The position numbers were made by a program, and so were the translations under genes. Source: Torpedo marmorata (lineage: Eukaryota). Taken from it: a stretch of DNA of 64,000 nucleotides. The DNA lies in assembly GCA_977017645.1 (NCBI GenBank), contig OZ360223.1, forward strand, positions 204,662,001-204,726,000. Direction: 5' to 3'. The notes under the pieces were generated by a model, which was not told where the DNA came from, did no database searches, and saw only the letters and a list, made by a program, of their open reading frames with translations. Positions 34,501-49,000 of this stretch are shown in pieces; position 1 is the stretch's first letter; each line of letters begins with the position of its first letter.

Positions 34501-37500
34501 ACTCTCAAGGGGGGAGAGATGGAGCAAATAACGTAAAAAAAAACAGGAATGCAACAATTGTGTTTAATTTCAGCCCTATTTTCAATATTTCCTTAATTGT
34601 ATGATATCCCGAGGAGCTGAGGGGAAGGTCACACATTGCCATGGTACTCCCAAGCATCTTCAAGGTTGTGGTTTTAGAAGGTGTTGTTAAAAACCTTTAT
34701 CAACAGTGCCTCAAGTGGAATCATCTGGGCCTTGCCTATTCATTAGTGGTCACATCTGTGCAGCAGTTCAATTACTTGAAAATAATAAGTACATTTAGTA
34801 GTGAATTAAATATTAATTAGTCTTCAGCGAGTTTCTTTTTAGCATTGGGAGCCAGAAATGGGATGTCTGGAGCACTGGTTCCTGGTGCCAGATTGAGGAG
34901 AGACAGAGAAATGTGCAAATATCTTTATTTGTTCTTACTATCTTTCTTCTCCTCTTTTTATATTCTCTCTCTTACACTCATCCCAAGGTGAAATGAAGGC
35001 AGGCTTGAGAAGAGAGGACCGGCATGATCTTGTGATTAAACAAAAGGATTCAGCCAACATGTGTAAAATTAAGTGATCAAGAGTTGATTACAGAGTATAT
35101 TGATTGTGTACTGATGGATTAAATAGAGTCGTGATCTGGGTGAGATTCAAGGGAGAGAGAATTTACTAGTTAGCAAGGAGCTGCTGGCCCAGCCACAGCT
35201 CTTCATACATTTTTGGAATAAATCTGTGGAGAATGCACAGAATTATAATCGATTATCCATTTCTCAAAGTCACTTAAGGGGCCAGAGCAACAAGCTAAGT
35301 GCGTGGGGCGACAATTCCTAGTCCATATGCATCGTCATGTGTGTGTGCTGGAGGGGTGGAAACAGCACTGACCCTGCGTGCTGCAAGCTGATGAATCCAT
35401 TTTCTTGTAGGAAATAGTTTTGACAATCCAATATCTGTGTTTCGATATGTGCCCCCCAGGGAAAAGATACTGCCCCAGTCGCCCTTTCAAATTATAGGCA
35501 TATCAGTATATCACTATCCTAACAGCCTGCCCTCCAAGTCAAGGACATAGGCGCTTAAGTGTGGTGTGAACAATTTTTTTTTTATTTTTTTTTTTAAAGA
35601 GATTTTCTCTTAGCAAAACATCTTACAAGATTTTGAATTTGCCCTACGGGATCAAATTAGATCTTGTAAGACATTGCAGGAAAGCTGCTGCAAGATTTAT
35701 AGTTTGCCTTATGGTACCCTACAGGATTTAACCTACAGAATGAGAGGACAGGATTGTGTATTGTGCTCAGTATTGCTTTATTTTGTACATTATCTCCTTC
35801 CTAATGTATCCTGATGATTTGAATAGAGCAAATTATTATTATTATTAGAAATTTCTAGCTTCCAAGCAAATAGTTCCTGTCAGAAAGAGACATAAATTTT
35901 CATTTCTGAAAAAATATTTTATTTTGTAATACAGGTACTGACATTTTTCATTGCTTGAATTCAGTATTAGAACAGCTTTCTTTTTCCTGATGACGCAGGG
36001 TGAGCGGGTGCATTTTAATGAATCGCTGGGTTATGAACTGTTTGGAACGCAGGCTACCTTTGTGATCTTCCCCTACTCAATGCCTGTTTAATTTAACTGT
36101 TGTTTGTACCTGGCCTCAGCTGCCGTGACTTGTGAGGTAACCTCTATCCCTTGAGAATGGAAAGGAGGCTGGTGTCACTGGTGGCTGCCGTTGTTGACAT
36201 TCTAAAGGTAGACCGAGAACAGCTTTAGCAAAGGCTCGAGAGCAAGAATTTTGACCAGCCTCTGCCAGGAAATAAAATTAAAACCTGGCTGGAACCTGAT
36301 CCAAGCATGGCCATTCTGAACCCAACCCATGCTTGAAGGCTTTTTTTGATGCACAACCTGAACCTAATACACAGAGTGAAGTCCTGTTAGGGCTGGGTCA
36401 GCCTTGATAGTGAAGCTGTACATTGAGAGGTAAAGAGAAGTCTCGAGGCTATTTGTGGACTGTCAGCCCTATCATGTCTCACAGTTACCTAACCCTAACC
36501 CTAATTGACTGTCCAGGCCAATTCAACGTCAGCCCAAAGAACCAGAGCCCAATTGCTTTGATGCCTGACCCAGGCTGAAGTTCACACAGGTCCCATCAGG
36601 CTCCATTCAGATAATGTGGTTTGGCCTGAGTGGACAAAGGATTTAATAGAAATAAAGATTCATTAGAAAAATATTTGAAATTACATAATAACGATGGAGA
36701 GAGGTGGCCTATTTACTCACCAGGAGAGGTGGGTTCCCCTGATATTGAGAGTATGTATTAGAAGTGAGCTAATGGTTAGATGCGCAGAAAGATCCAAATA
36801 ACATAATTTTGTATCGTTTATCCATGTTTTATGAATGTTATATGAAGAAAGTAGAGTGAGCGAATAAGTAAGATTTCCATTCAAAGAAATCCCAGGCATG
36901 TATCAGCTAATTCCTAACTGCATTGATGCATTTAATGTAGAATGTGTGCTTTATTGGAAGAGTTTTAACTATATATAGATTATGTTTACCTTTGACATAA
37001 TGCAATATCAAAATCACAAGTAGTGAAATCAAAGTATTGCTTTAGGACATCAAGACTATTATCATCTACTTATCTGAACAGTTACTGGATACATTCACAG
37101 GAAAGGAAGGTGGGATATCTTTCACAGCTATGATGAAAGCTCACTTAATAATAGGTTCCTGAGATAGGAAGGGGAGATTTTAAAGAGAAAAAAATGAATT
37201 GTAAAGGAATAAGAATTTTCCCCATCAAGAAATATAGATTGAAATATAGATTCAAACTGTGGTTTTGCAACTTCTGGTCATTGTGTCATTCCATTGAACT
37301 TGATTTTAATTTGCTATTTAAAAAAAACATCTTTACTAATGATGTTGTCCTATTATTCTCGGTCAACATATATTTCTTTATTCTGTGCAAGTGCAATGTC
37401 CCAATAACTGTAATGTAGTTTTTGTCAAATGTCTTTGGTTCATTCAAGTTAAAGAGATCCTAAATTCACATAAGACATTACCTTTCTTTCCACTTTAACT

Positions 37501-37589
37501 TTATTTGGCAATTCAGAAAACTCAGACATGAGGAACTCATTGAAAATGTACACATTTGAAGATGGAGGGGTGAACGAGAGAGAAATCAG

Positions 37590-38330
37590 AATTGGGGTAA
37601 CACGAGATATTTCTAACCGAAGGGCCAAAGTTTCCATGTTTGAAAGATTCATGCCAGTGTCAGACTTTAGCCAGATGCACATGCGATTCCGCGGTTCCCT
37701 TCATAAATTATAGTGCTGCCATTCTATACTTCAGTAAAGACAAAAAATTGCACTCCATCACCGTCTTGCCTGGCTTTTAGCGGTATTGATCACGCTGGTA
37801 CCTAGTTTACTGAGGCAGTTAAGTGTGGCATCTTATTTTGCGCTGGGATAAATGAAAAGAATATTAGTACGCTGACTTTTCATCCAGTTTTATTGAATCT
37901 TTTGAGCAGCTGCCCTTTCGTGTAATGACATCGCTGACAGGGTCCTCATTAAGGCCCAGACAGTAATTGTGATGCATCTACTGTCCGACATTTTCATTGA
38001 GTTTTAGATCTATGGAGCGGTAGGATGTATGGATTCGCTCAGTTTCTCAAATTAATACACAACTCGATCCATCAGAGCCCCTTCCATGCTCTTTCATCTT
38101 CCCTGTCCCCAGAGGTCCATATGCGGTAATGTGGAGCATCATTCTCCCAGACAACTACACAATGTCTCTTTTCTCCTGCTCCTTATTTATTCAATGTTTC
38201 TGAGCAAACACGCCAGATAAAGTTGTCAGGCTTTATTAAAGAGGCCCCTGATGAAGTATTTATGAAAATCTTAATCAGCTAGCGCCAGTCCGAGGGGAGA
38301 AAAGGCAACGGGAGTGAGCTTTGAAAAAAG
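37590..38330. promoter_or_regulatory. Candidate conserved non-coding element / enhancer
   Basis: TE-free and CpG-retaining, with TGACAG, CATAAAT, TAATTG, AGATAA and TTTATTA motifs. Inference only. Confidence 0.35.
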
Positions 38331-41300
38331 AACTAAAAGGCAAGAAAACATTAATATAGGATTGCATTGATTTCCAAGATTTAAAGAAAAATCTGCCGGT
38401 TAGAATCTCAGTGCAAATGTTCACTAAAGCTTGTTTTTAAAAATGTATTGAATTTGGTTTTTTTTTCTGTAACATTAATTGGTTCTAATTTACCATGTAC
38501 AGATTTTTGTTTGTGAAACTGAGAAAAATCTTAAGATTTGTAAGTATTTTAATATTTTTAAAATTAGTTAATTGCAAATCATGAGATCAAAGGCTTCATT
38601 TGTGGCACTGACTATCCTGAACAATGGTTTCTGTCCACATTAATCTTTAAAGGTGAAATTTAACCATCAAAGTGCCTATGCTAAATCCAATATGTAATAA
38701 TTATTATTGGTAATATGATTCTGCTTTTTACAGTTGCTTTTTTGGTTAATAGAATTCAAGGGTAATGATTAGGAGCAGTTACTTAGCTTGACATTAGGCT
38801 GGAAAAGTGACCCATATGCACCACTGAAGCTAAATTGCCCCTGGGTTCATGACCACCACTTCTGATGTACATTTAGCTACTTTATCTCAAAGTGCCCAGT
38901 AACCCTGGAAGAAAGTTACATCCTGGTGTGCCACAACAGATCAGTACCCACTATGGATGATTTTCATGTGCCCAGCACCCTGGGCTAGTCAAAAAAATAG
39001 GTTGGTCAAAATGTTTGCAAATATGTTTATGCCCAAGTGGTGATTTGACTATTGTCTAAGTTACACACTGGGATACAAATAAGACCCAGTATTGACTTTA
39101 GGATGTGAATATAAATTTTAATAGCAGTATGAAGAGCTCTGGGGTTTTCCCCCAAAAAATGGCGCAGAAACCTTTTTTTTGCTGTGGACTTTTATAGGGC
39201 TAGAAGGATCAAATAAAAAAATTTCTATGGACCAAATAATCAGTCAGTGCACTTCCTTATTCATCCTCAATCTCACCTCCCAGTGCTTAAATTTAAATGT
39301 TCACCTTCAGTGCAACTCAGAAAGGGGTTCAGTGGCTTTGTGGAACCATCGATCATCAAGCTGCCTGCAAGATCACAGAACAAAAATGTAGTTGTGACCT
39401 CATGATAGTTCAAGCCTTGCAAAGTTATCTTAATATAGGTGATATAGTCATTCAACTCACTGTATGTCCATTGAAAATGAAAATAATTAGAAACCTATCC
39501 AGTTGATTTTAACAATCAACAGCACCATGATGAGTTCTTGATAAAGATGTTGATGCTTTCTGTGAGCATATCGTATAAAGGCTAGAAACAACATTAATCT
39601 ATTAATTTTAAGAAAATAAAGGAATTTTTGACAAAGACATTAAATGTGTGAATGATATGATCTCCTGATACAATTTCAAAATCCATGTCTTTGAAATAGT
39701 TCCAGTTGTTGTAACTATCCTCTTTAATAAAATACCAATGAATAAAAGTGAAAGCCTGTTGGACATTTCATCAGATTTACAGGCTTCAATTTAAAAAAAA
39801 AATGCAAATTTGGATGTGTAGAGAACTGCTGAGATCATAGTGACAGAGCTGAACCTTGGAAGATCCAAGAGGATGATTGTCCTGATTGAAAGGGCAGCCA
39901 TCTCAAGGTAAGTATATTTTTGCAATTTAACATGGCCTGTATTTATTAATCTAATAACTGAAGGTTAAAATATGAGGCATATAGGGTTGCTACTAAGTGG
40001 AGCTTATATTGATATGATTTGATTCAATGCTGTATGCATGTGTATACAGAGACATGTTTATACAAACACTGCACTTTTACATAAAAGAATGCATGCCCAC
40101 ACTCTCATCACACATGTCTCTATATATCTGCATATACATATTTCTACAATCACACTAATTAATATCCACACTGTCATGCACATATAGAGGCACATGATAA
40201 AAAAGATTATTAAATTATGAGCTGAATGCATGATGTTCTTAGCCTTCTCAACTCTTGATACCTCATTCACTAGTTACACCTGACGACTCATTGACCGCAC
40301 CAGACTTAAGCCTAACACGTGACTAAAAGAAGATATACCAGCCAAGAAGAAGAGAAGAAATAAACAATTTTATCGATCCCAAATGTAAAAGAAAATAAGC
40401 AATAAAGAAAGATTAAAGAACTTAATCTCTACTGACTAAAAAAGGATTGTTAAAGAACTGATCTTTTTAAAATATGTATTAAAACACAATAGATAAAATA
40501 AACTCCAGTTATTACTTTAAAATGTAAATCACAAAATAACATGAGAACTTTACATTTAAAGCAGATATCAGAGATAATTTATTACTTAAATAATGAGTAT
40601 TGCCATTGACATAAGCAAAAGCTTGAATTGTGGAGTTGTTTAAAATATTTTTTATTATGATTTGGATACTATGGGGAGGAATTTTGGGAGGCCCAGATAT
40701 TTTATTTGTGATGCAGATCTTTCTTGCATTTTGGCGTATATTTTTGGTTTCTCTTCATGAAACAGTGCATCTATCATACATATATTTTGTCTGTAAATAT
40801 GTTATGGAGAGAGAAACAGAGTTAACATTTTAGATTGATGACCCTTCATCAGAACTGAACCTTTATTACTCTCTCCATAGATGCGGCAGGTGTATCCTCA
40901 AGATGTTTGTTTTTTACTTCTGTTTTCCATCATAGGCAGTTTTTGTGCAATTTAATTGTTTTAGTTATTGTTTCTTTGGTACTATTTCCTGTCAGAATTG
41001 GGATCCAACAACATCAAAAAAACAAACCCAAAACTTCAAATGCTGGATATCTGAAGAAAAATAACAAAATGTTGATAATAAATAGCTCGCAAAAGATGAG
41101 AGAATGCATTGGACAGGGATTTCCTTTGGAAATTTGAACAAAAAGATAAACAACCAAATGAATGTAACTGCAGTCGTGAAAGAGAGCAAAGGAAATCTCA
41201 AGGGGATAGAGGAAAGATTAAAAAGTTGCTAAGTTGAATAATATACAGGTAATAACGTTTTTAGGGCATTTTGTTTTTGCCCAATATCAGTGCTTATGCC

Positions 41301-43921
41301 CGAGCTTACCAATATTTCAACAAGAGACTTACAATCCAATGCTGGCACAGATGTAATCTGATAGCAGTTACTTCTAACTTGCTGTCTGTCCTGCTGGCTT
41401 CCCCTGCATTACTCCACTAGTCTCTTCATGGAGTCCAATATTTCAGTGCTAACCTCCACTCACAGCTCTTCATGACCAAGGTGTGATGTCTGGCTTCTGA
41501 ACCTATCCAGGTCAAACATAGTGCAAGTACAATAGTCCTATTCAAGTGCATGAGAAAAGTTAGCTACTTATTGAAAGATAAGGAGTATTTATATATATTT
41601 AATTCAGATGAAAAAAATTTAATATTTTTAAGGGCTTATGTGCTTTTTTCATATTTTAACTTTTTAAAAAGAAAACCATTTTGATTTCCGTTTACACTTG
41701 ATGTGTTTTTATAAGTCACTGCTAAAGGCATGCTCAAACATTCCATGAGAGGGACAGTTGGTGGGGCATTGCTGGTTGCCAAAGCTGCTCTGTGAGTACA
41801 GCCAACCATGTATAGGGCAGCCCCCATGCTGCACGATAGCACACTGATGTACTGGTCTCAGTGAAAATGAGTTGAGAATAACTCAGTAAAAAGTTTAGTT
41901 TGAGTGTTGTCCATAATTAAAGGGAAATAGAAAAAATGTGGAAATGTTAGGAAGAGTTCAGCAACTGCCCATGTGGTGAAGCATGGGAGGAAATTTGATT
42001 CCAAAGGAATAAAATTCTCAAAAATCAGAGCAAGAGCAGAAAGTAGCACTAATCTTGTCATCAGCATGATGGAAGAGTCAGAGAGGGTGTTTTCATATGT
42101 CTGATAAAAAGACAAGCACAGCGAGGGAGTTTTCAGAACAAGGTGAAAACAAACCAAAATAGAGAGAGGGTGATGATAGTGCTCGCTGCTTGGGCCATGG
42201 TAAAAGAATGAGTTTGGGGCCAAGACATTTGAGGATCTCAGAATGGCAAATAACATCAGCTGTCTTCAGAAGACTGCACGATGAGGAAAATGAAAATAAG
42301 AGAAAACTGAGTCAGTGGATATGAATGCAATAGTTATAATAAAGATTTTTGTGTTATAAATCAGAGAGATAGTGATGCCATTCACGTTACAATTACATCA
42401 CTGAACTCAACTTGGCTTTTAAGCACATTTATCTTAATTTAATTTTGTAAATCAATCTTTCTAATTTATCAATATTATATTTGTATAATGCATTTTATTG
42501 TCTCTGAATAGTTTTATTTTGTTAAAATAATCTTTTAGATTGCAGTGCCATGGAACTCTAAAATCATCCTGGATAGTACTATTCTTAGAGCAAAAACGAT
42601 TTATGTATTAATACTCTGTACTAATTGTAGCACCCTAATGATCAGATGCTGAAAAAACTCTTTCAGCTTTTTCTGAAGGTGCATTATTAAATTGAATACA
42701 ATCTATGTCTGAACTTTGCAATTGCTGTTGAGTTTTAAGGAAACTTGATTTAAGACATTACTTTGAGGTGCCAGCTTGTCTTCTCCTTTCTCCGTCTGAC
42801 TTGCTCAGGAGCAATTGGATTGACCATTTCCATTAACCAAAGCTGTGCAATTCATCGTAACATGCTATCCTCAATACACCAGAACAATTCTCTTATACCA
42901 GTGTTGGGGGAGGGAAGGGGAAGGAGAGAAAAAGCGAGAGAATGTTTAAATATGTTGTCAACTGAGGAAATTGTTTGATTCTTGTGGAATGATCATCAAT
43001 CATTTGACTGAGAATTAATGAGGAACACTGCCTTGTCCACTATTTGCCAGATTTTAAAACATCCACAGCAGTATTTTGGAACAAAATATCGCCTTTCCAG
43101 TTTCATGGAATAAAAATTGAAATTAGAGTTGGTGCTGGGGGTTGAGTATTGAGGATTAAATAATTTTTGCGTATGGTTATTGTGGTTAGAGATGTTTTGC
43201 AGGTTTGATTAAATGTTCAGAAATAGACTTACCCTTTTATAGCCTGTATAGTATAAAAAAATGAAGAGAATGCTTTCGGGGTCATGTCTAAGAGTCTCCT
43301 CTCCTCCATTCAGGCTGCTTTCCTGATGATTGCAGACAAAAAAGGATATGATTTTCTGAACTTATCACAGCATAATCTTGGCAGAGATCATGGTGGACTA
43401 ATCAATGATTATTTATCAAAGCAGATTTGATTGGTTTGTGGTTATGCGTCTGAAAAAATGTGAACTGTAAATTCAGCTGCCATGTGTGAACGATTAAAAT
43501 GTAGTCTTTCTCTATCAAAATCAACCAGGTAAATAAGGTAATGCAAGGCCTCTGAAGTGATGCAGCACCTTGCCTGCTATCTAAAACTGAAGCCAACAAG
43601 GATAATTATGAGATCACTATTCTCATGATAAACATTTTCCCAAGTTATAGAAATGATCTGACATCTTCAAATATTGTGAGGCACATCATGTACTTTGTTG
43701 GCACTTTGTTCCTTCTATTTTTCTCGTCTCTTCCTCTAGATCAGTGGTTTTCAAACTTTTTCTTTCCACTCACATACCACCTTAAGTAATCCCTATGCCG
43801 GGGGGTCACGTGATGCGAAGATAGGGAGAAGACGCTGACCCAAGGGCTCCTGGAAAAAGCAAAATTTAAAGCCATTTAAAACATTCAACTTAATATAAAA
43901 CTGAGAAATACCTTTCCCAAG

Positions 43922-44869
43922 ATGGGTAAGAAGATCAAGAACCTAATCGCTGTGGAGGAAGGGGCCTCCGGATCGCCGACATCAGCGGGTGATTCTCCTC
44001 GCGGGAGCGGCGGTTCGGGAACCTCCGGAGCCTCCGTCATGGCGCCGGCGCTGGAGCGGGTGAGTGGGGCCCCAGAACCCACGTCACAAGACATTCTGAA
44101 CGCTGTGCAAGCTCTCGCAGGTAGAATCACAAAAGAATTTCTGGGCTCGACGCCAAGTTTTCTGGGCAGGATGCCAAGTTTAAAGAGATCGCAGAGGGGA
44201 TTAAAAAGCTCAAGAGCTCCTTTGGAGTTTTAACCTCCCGCGTGGGGGAGGTGGAAGAAAAAATGGAGGGCATCCAAGAAAGGTTAGAGAAGCACGAAGA
44301 CAGCGTGGATGCCCGGAAACTGGAGAGGGACGAGATCCTAAATAAAATTGACAGGCTGGAAAACTTCAGCAGGAAAAACAATATAAGAATAATTGGTCTG
44401 AAGGAGGGGCGAGAGGGCAAAGATCCAGTGAAATGTTTTGAAGGGTGGATTCCAAAAATCCTGGGCCAAGAAAATTTTAAAAAAAACTTTATCCATAGAA
44501 AGGGCCCAGCAGATCCTCGGATCCCGGCCAGACTCAGGTCAATGACCAAGACCAGTCCTGGTGCGGTTGTTAAATCACCAGGACCGGGAAAGGATCCTAC
44601 GCGCGGCAGCCACACGTGCAAGAGAAGATGGCGGGCCCAATGATCCAGAGGGGGGGAAGGTGGTTTTTTTTCCAGACCTGAGCGTGGCCTTGGTGAAGCG
44701 TCGGAAGGCATTCGACGCAGTAAAGCGGCAACTGAGAGCGAAGGAGATTCCATATGCGCTACTCCACCCCGCGACGCTGAGGCTCGACACACCAGAAGAA
44801 GGAAGAAAATTCTTCAAGACACCCCAGGAAGCTTCAGACTTTGTTCGAAACCGTCCGAGGAGATCCTAA
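43922..44869 (+). pseudogene. L1 ORF1 (frameshifted)
   Basis: Coiled coil, then LENFSRKNNIRIIGLKEG and FFPDLS...RRKAF...YALLHPATLR, spread over several frames. Confidence 0.9.
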
Positions 44870-45342
44870 GGCTTGGAGGAAAAAAACGAGGAGAGAAGAA
44901 AGATTTTGATGGACGTTGGTTAAGGGGGATGGTTTGGTTTTTTGTAATAGTAACGTTATATTGAGTTGTGTTATATCGAGCAAATAGTGGCTTTTAAGGT
45001 AAATAATATAAATAGGTAATGAATCCGGGGGGAGTTGGGTGGTATAAAGTTAGATAGTTAGTTAGTTAATTACCGGTAAATATGCTAAAAGAGGCATCAA
45101 GTGTACCTCGTCTTGAGTGAGTTGATGGCGCCAAAAGAGTAGGGGTTATTGTTGGTGCTGGAGTAAGGGGAAGGGATACTTTCTTAAAACCGCAGTCTTT
45201 TATCGAGGGCTTTTGGGTTTTTTTTTAGCGTCATCGCCAGTACTGAAGAGATATATATATTATTGTAAAAGGGGACAGTCACACCATAGAAAAAATATAC
45301 AAAGGGGCTATGAAAATAGGATAAAACTGTGTATGTATCCAA

Positions 45343-48300
45343 ATGAATAAGACTTTAAGATTTCTTAGCTTTAATGTTAATGGATTGAATGGACCCATAA
45401 AGAGGAAAAGTCTTGGCTACAGGCAGATATAGTTTTCTTACAGGAAACTCATCTTAAAAAGCAAGAGCATGGTAAATTAAAAAGAGGTTGGGTGGGACAG
45501 ATAGCTTCATCTTCTTTTAACTCTAAAGCTAGGGGGGGGACACGGTTGTTGACTCGGCAGGAAGATATGTGATGGTACATTGTCAGATCTACTCAGAACC
45601 CTGGACACTCTTGAATCTCTATGCACCAAATTTTGATGATGAGTCATTTATGTAGGATATTTTTTTGAAAGTGGCAGAAGGATGGTAGAATATTTTGATT
45701 GGTGGGGATTTCAACTTTTGTTTGGATCCCATTCTGGACAAATCAGCAAGGACAGTTAGGAAAGTCAGGGTGGCTAAAACCACCTTGGCTTTCATGAAAG
45801 ATTTAAATCTAATAGATGCATGGAGACAGTTGCACCCTCAAGCTAGAGACTACTCCTTTTACTCAAAGCCCCATGATTCTTATACCAGAATTGACTATTT
45901 CCTGATGTCGGCACAACTAGAAGGTAGAGTGATTGAATCGGAATATCAAGCCAGACTTTTATCGGACCACGCGCCCTTGATTTTGTCTATGGTAATGCCA
46001 GATAAACAAGCTAATGTGTACAGATGGCGCCTTAATTCTACGCTGTTGAAAAGACCAGATTTCTGTAATTTTATAAGGGGTCAGATAAGTTTGTTTTGCG
46101 AAACAAACTGCCCCTCTACTAATAATAGTTTTCTAATATGCGACACATTGAAGGTGTATCTAAGGGGGCAAATAATTTCATACACCAAAAATGTCAAGAA
46201 AAATTATATGGCGGAAATAAACAATTTGGAGGGGGAGATTTTAAAATTGGAAAAGGAATACCAACAGTCGGGATCAAAAGAAAAATATCAAACTTTGGTA
46301 AATAAGAAACTTAAATATAATACTTTACAAACATACAAAATGGAGAAGGACATTTTAAGATCTAAGCAGAAATACTATGAATTAGGGGAAAGAGCACATA
46401 AGGTTTTGTCTTGGCAATTGAGGACAGAGGAGACTTTGAGGACAATTAATGCAGTTCAGTCGGGACCGGATAAGATATCGTACAATCCAAAAGAGATCAA
46501 TTACACTTTTAAACAGTTTTATGCAAAATTGTACGAGTCAGAGTCGCCAAGTGACTCAACTAAAATAGATGAGTTCCTATCCACGATTGAATTGCCAAAG
46601 TTGGACCAGGAGGATCAGATGGAATTAGGTGCCCCATTCTCCGAAGAGGAGATTGAAAAAACATTGGGTTCTCTACAGGCGAATAAATCGCCAGAAGAAG
46701 ATGGTTTCCCACCTGAGTTCTACAGAGAGTTTAAGGATCTTTTGATGCCTCTTATTATGAATGTAGTTAACCAGGCGGCGGAAACACAGACTCTCCCGGA
46801 ATCCTTTTCAACAACTATTATTACGGTTATACCAAAGGAAAATAGAGACCCATTAAAACCTTCTTCATACAGGCCCATTTCATTATTAAATGCAGACGAC
46901 AAAATAATAACCAAGGCATTGGCTAATAGATTGGGTCAATATTTACCAAAATTGATAAATTCGGATCAAGTCGGCTTTATTAAGAAGAGACACTCGGCCA
47001 ACAATTTGGGCAGACTATTGAGTATCATACATTTGGCACAATCAAAGGCAGATCCAAGTATAGCCGTGTCTTTGGATGCGGAAAAAGTTTTAGGTAGGCT
47101 GGAATGGCCTTTCTTATTCAAGGTACTGGAGAAATTTGGATTGGGAGAATCATTTATTAATTGGGTAAGAACACTCTATTACAAACCTCAGGCCAAGATC
47201 ATTACGAATGGCCAGATATCGTCGACATTCCCCTTAAGTAGGTCTAGCAGACAGGGCTGTCCACTGTCTCCAGGTCTTTTTATCTTGGCAATTGAGCCAC
47301 TGGCAGAATCTATTAGGCGGGACCCAGACATAAAAGGATTCAGGGTGGACCAGGTGGAACATAAAATTAATTTATTAGCAGATGATGTGCTGTTGTATTT
47401 GACAGACCCTGCCGAGTCCTTGGCCAGGTTGCAGACCACACTGGAAGATTACGGAATGATTTCGGGTTACAAAATCAATTTAGAAAAAAGTGAGATCATG
47501 CCGTTGACAAAATTTGATTACGGGGAATATCAACACAAGAGTCGCTTTAAGTGGCAACCAAAGGGTATTAAATATTTGGGAATAATGATTGACAATGATT
47601 TGCAAAATTTGTATAGACTTAACTACCTCACTCTGCTTGGAAAGATCGAAGACAATTTACTTAGGTGGAGGGACCTGCCCATTACTCTAGTGGGCAGGGT
47701 GAACTGCATTAAAATGAAGGTGATGCCGAGACTGCAATACCTCTTTCAGTCCTTGCCAATCCCATTGCGTGGGTCTTTTTTAAAGCACTTAACAGACATG
47801 TAAGGCAATTTATCTGGAGTGGTAAGGTCTCCAGAGTTTCCATAGAGAAGCTGACATGGGATTACAATTTGGGGGGTTTGCGATTACCAGATTTTAAGAA
47901 ATATTATTTAGCAGCTCAGTCGAGGTTTCTTTCATCCTTTTTCTCGGGGGACGATCCCCCCTTGTGGGTCCAAATTGGACTACACACCATAGGAGAGAAA
48001 ATAGCGAAGGATTTTATCTACAAATGGAACACCAAATTAATATCTAGGCGAACGGACAATCCCATTCTAAAACATATGATTAAGATTTGGCAGGAAATCA
48101 TTTAATGTACTGGAGGAAAGGTGGGTAACAAAATTTTAAACATTTGGCACCAGAAGGGACTCCGATATATTGAAGACTGTTACGAGAAAGGACAACTTAT
48201 GTCTTTTGAGCAATTGAAGAGTAAATATGATTTGTCTAATGGAACCTTCTACTTAGTCTTCAACTAAGGTCCTTCTTGAGGGATAGATGGGGTCCTACAA

Positions 48301-49000
48301 TGACCCCACCTCGGTGTAATGAAATGGAAAAGTTGCTTCGATTGGGAAATGCACCTAAATTCATATCGAGAATGTATTTCGTACTCCAAAGCGAAAGCCC
48401 TAAGCCGGGCCTACAAAGATCGAGAGAGAGGTGGGAGTTGGACTTGAGAACAAAAATTCACGAACGATGCTGGTCAGACTGGTGTTTAGATAGCAGGACA
48501 GCAGTCTTTAATGCCAGATATAGGCTGGTTCAATATAATTTCCTACACCAATTGTATCTCACACCACAAAAACTACACAAGTCAAAACCAGAAATATCAG
48601 AAATGTGTTTCAGGTGTGGGATAGAAATTGGATCCTTTTTACACTCCACTCATGTGCAAAGGTAAGGCCCTTTTGGCATGATTTAGCTAACACACTAACT
48701 AGGATTACGGGAGTAGCCTTCCCACTAGACCCGGAGTTGTATCTTTTAGGAAACCTCATGGACATAAGCAACAGATGATCTAAATTCCAAATTCAATTTG
48801 TAAAAGTTGCTCTGTCCGTAGCAAAAAAATGCATTGCAGTTACTTGGAAGTCCGACTCCCCCCTTCTCATCACTCGATGGTCTACAGAAATGTACAGCTG
48901 TATCCCCATGGAAAAAATTACATATATTCTTAGAAATAAGTACGATAACTTTGTTAAAGTGTGGCAACCATACTTGGAGCACATTGGTGATCAGTTGTAA
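45343..49000 (+). pseudogene. L1 ORF2 (APE endonuclease, RT, zinc knuckle), disrupted
   Basis: MNKTLRFLSFNVNGL at 45343, GGDFN, SDH, YRPISLLN, RQGCPLSP, LLADD and CFRC. Has stops and frameshifts, and the DAEKAFD motif reads DAEKVLG; longest open stretch 45695-47803. Confidence 0.93.

Noticed and set aside
36488-36504. Telomere-like CCTAACCCTAACCCTAA
   Set aside because: Fewer than three full units; too short to call an interstitial telomere.
39783-39913. Possible cryptic exon ending at a perfect AAG|GTAAGT donor
   Set aside because: Weak polypyrimidine tract and no recognisable coding similarity; such motifs occur by chance in 60 kb.
45695-47803. 702-aa ORF as an active or domesticated RT
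   Set aside because: It is part of a disrupted L1 ORF2 with upstream stops and degenerate RT motifs (DAEKVLG, LLADD).
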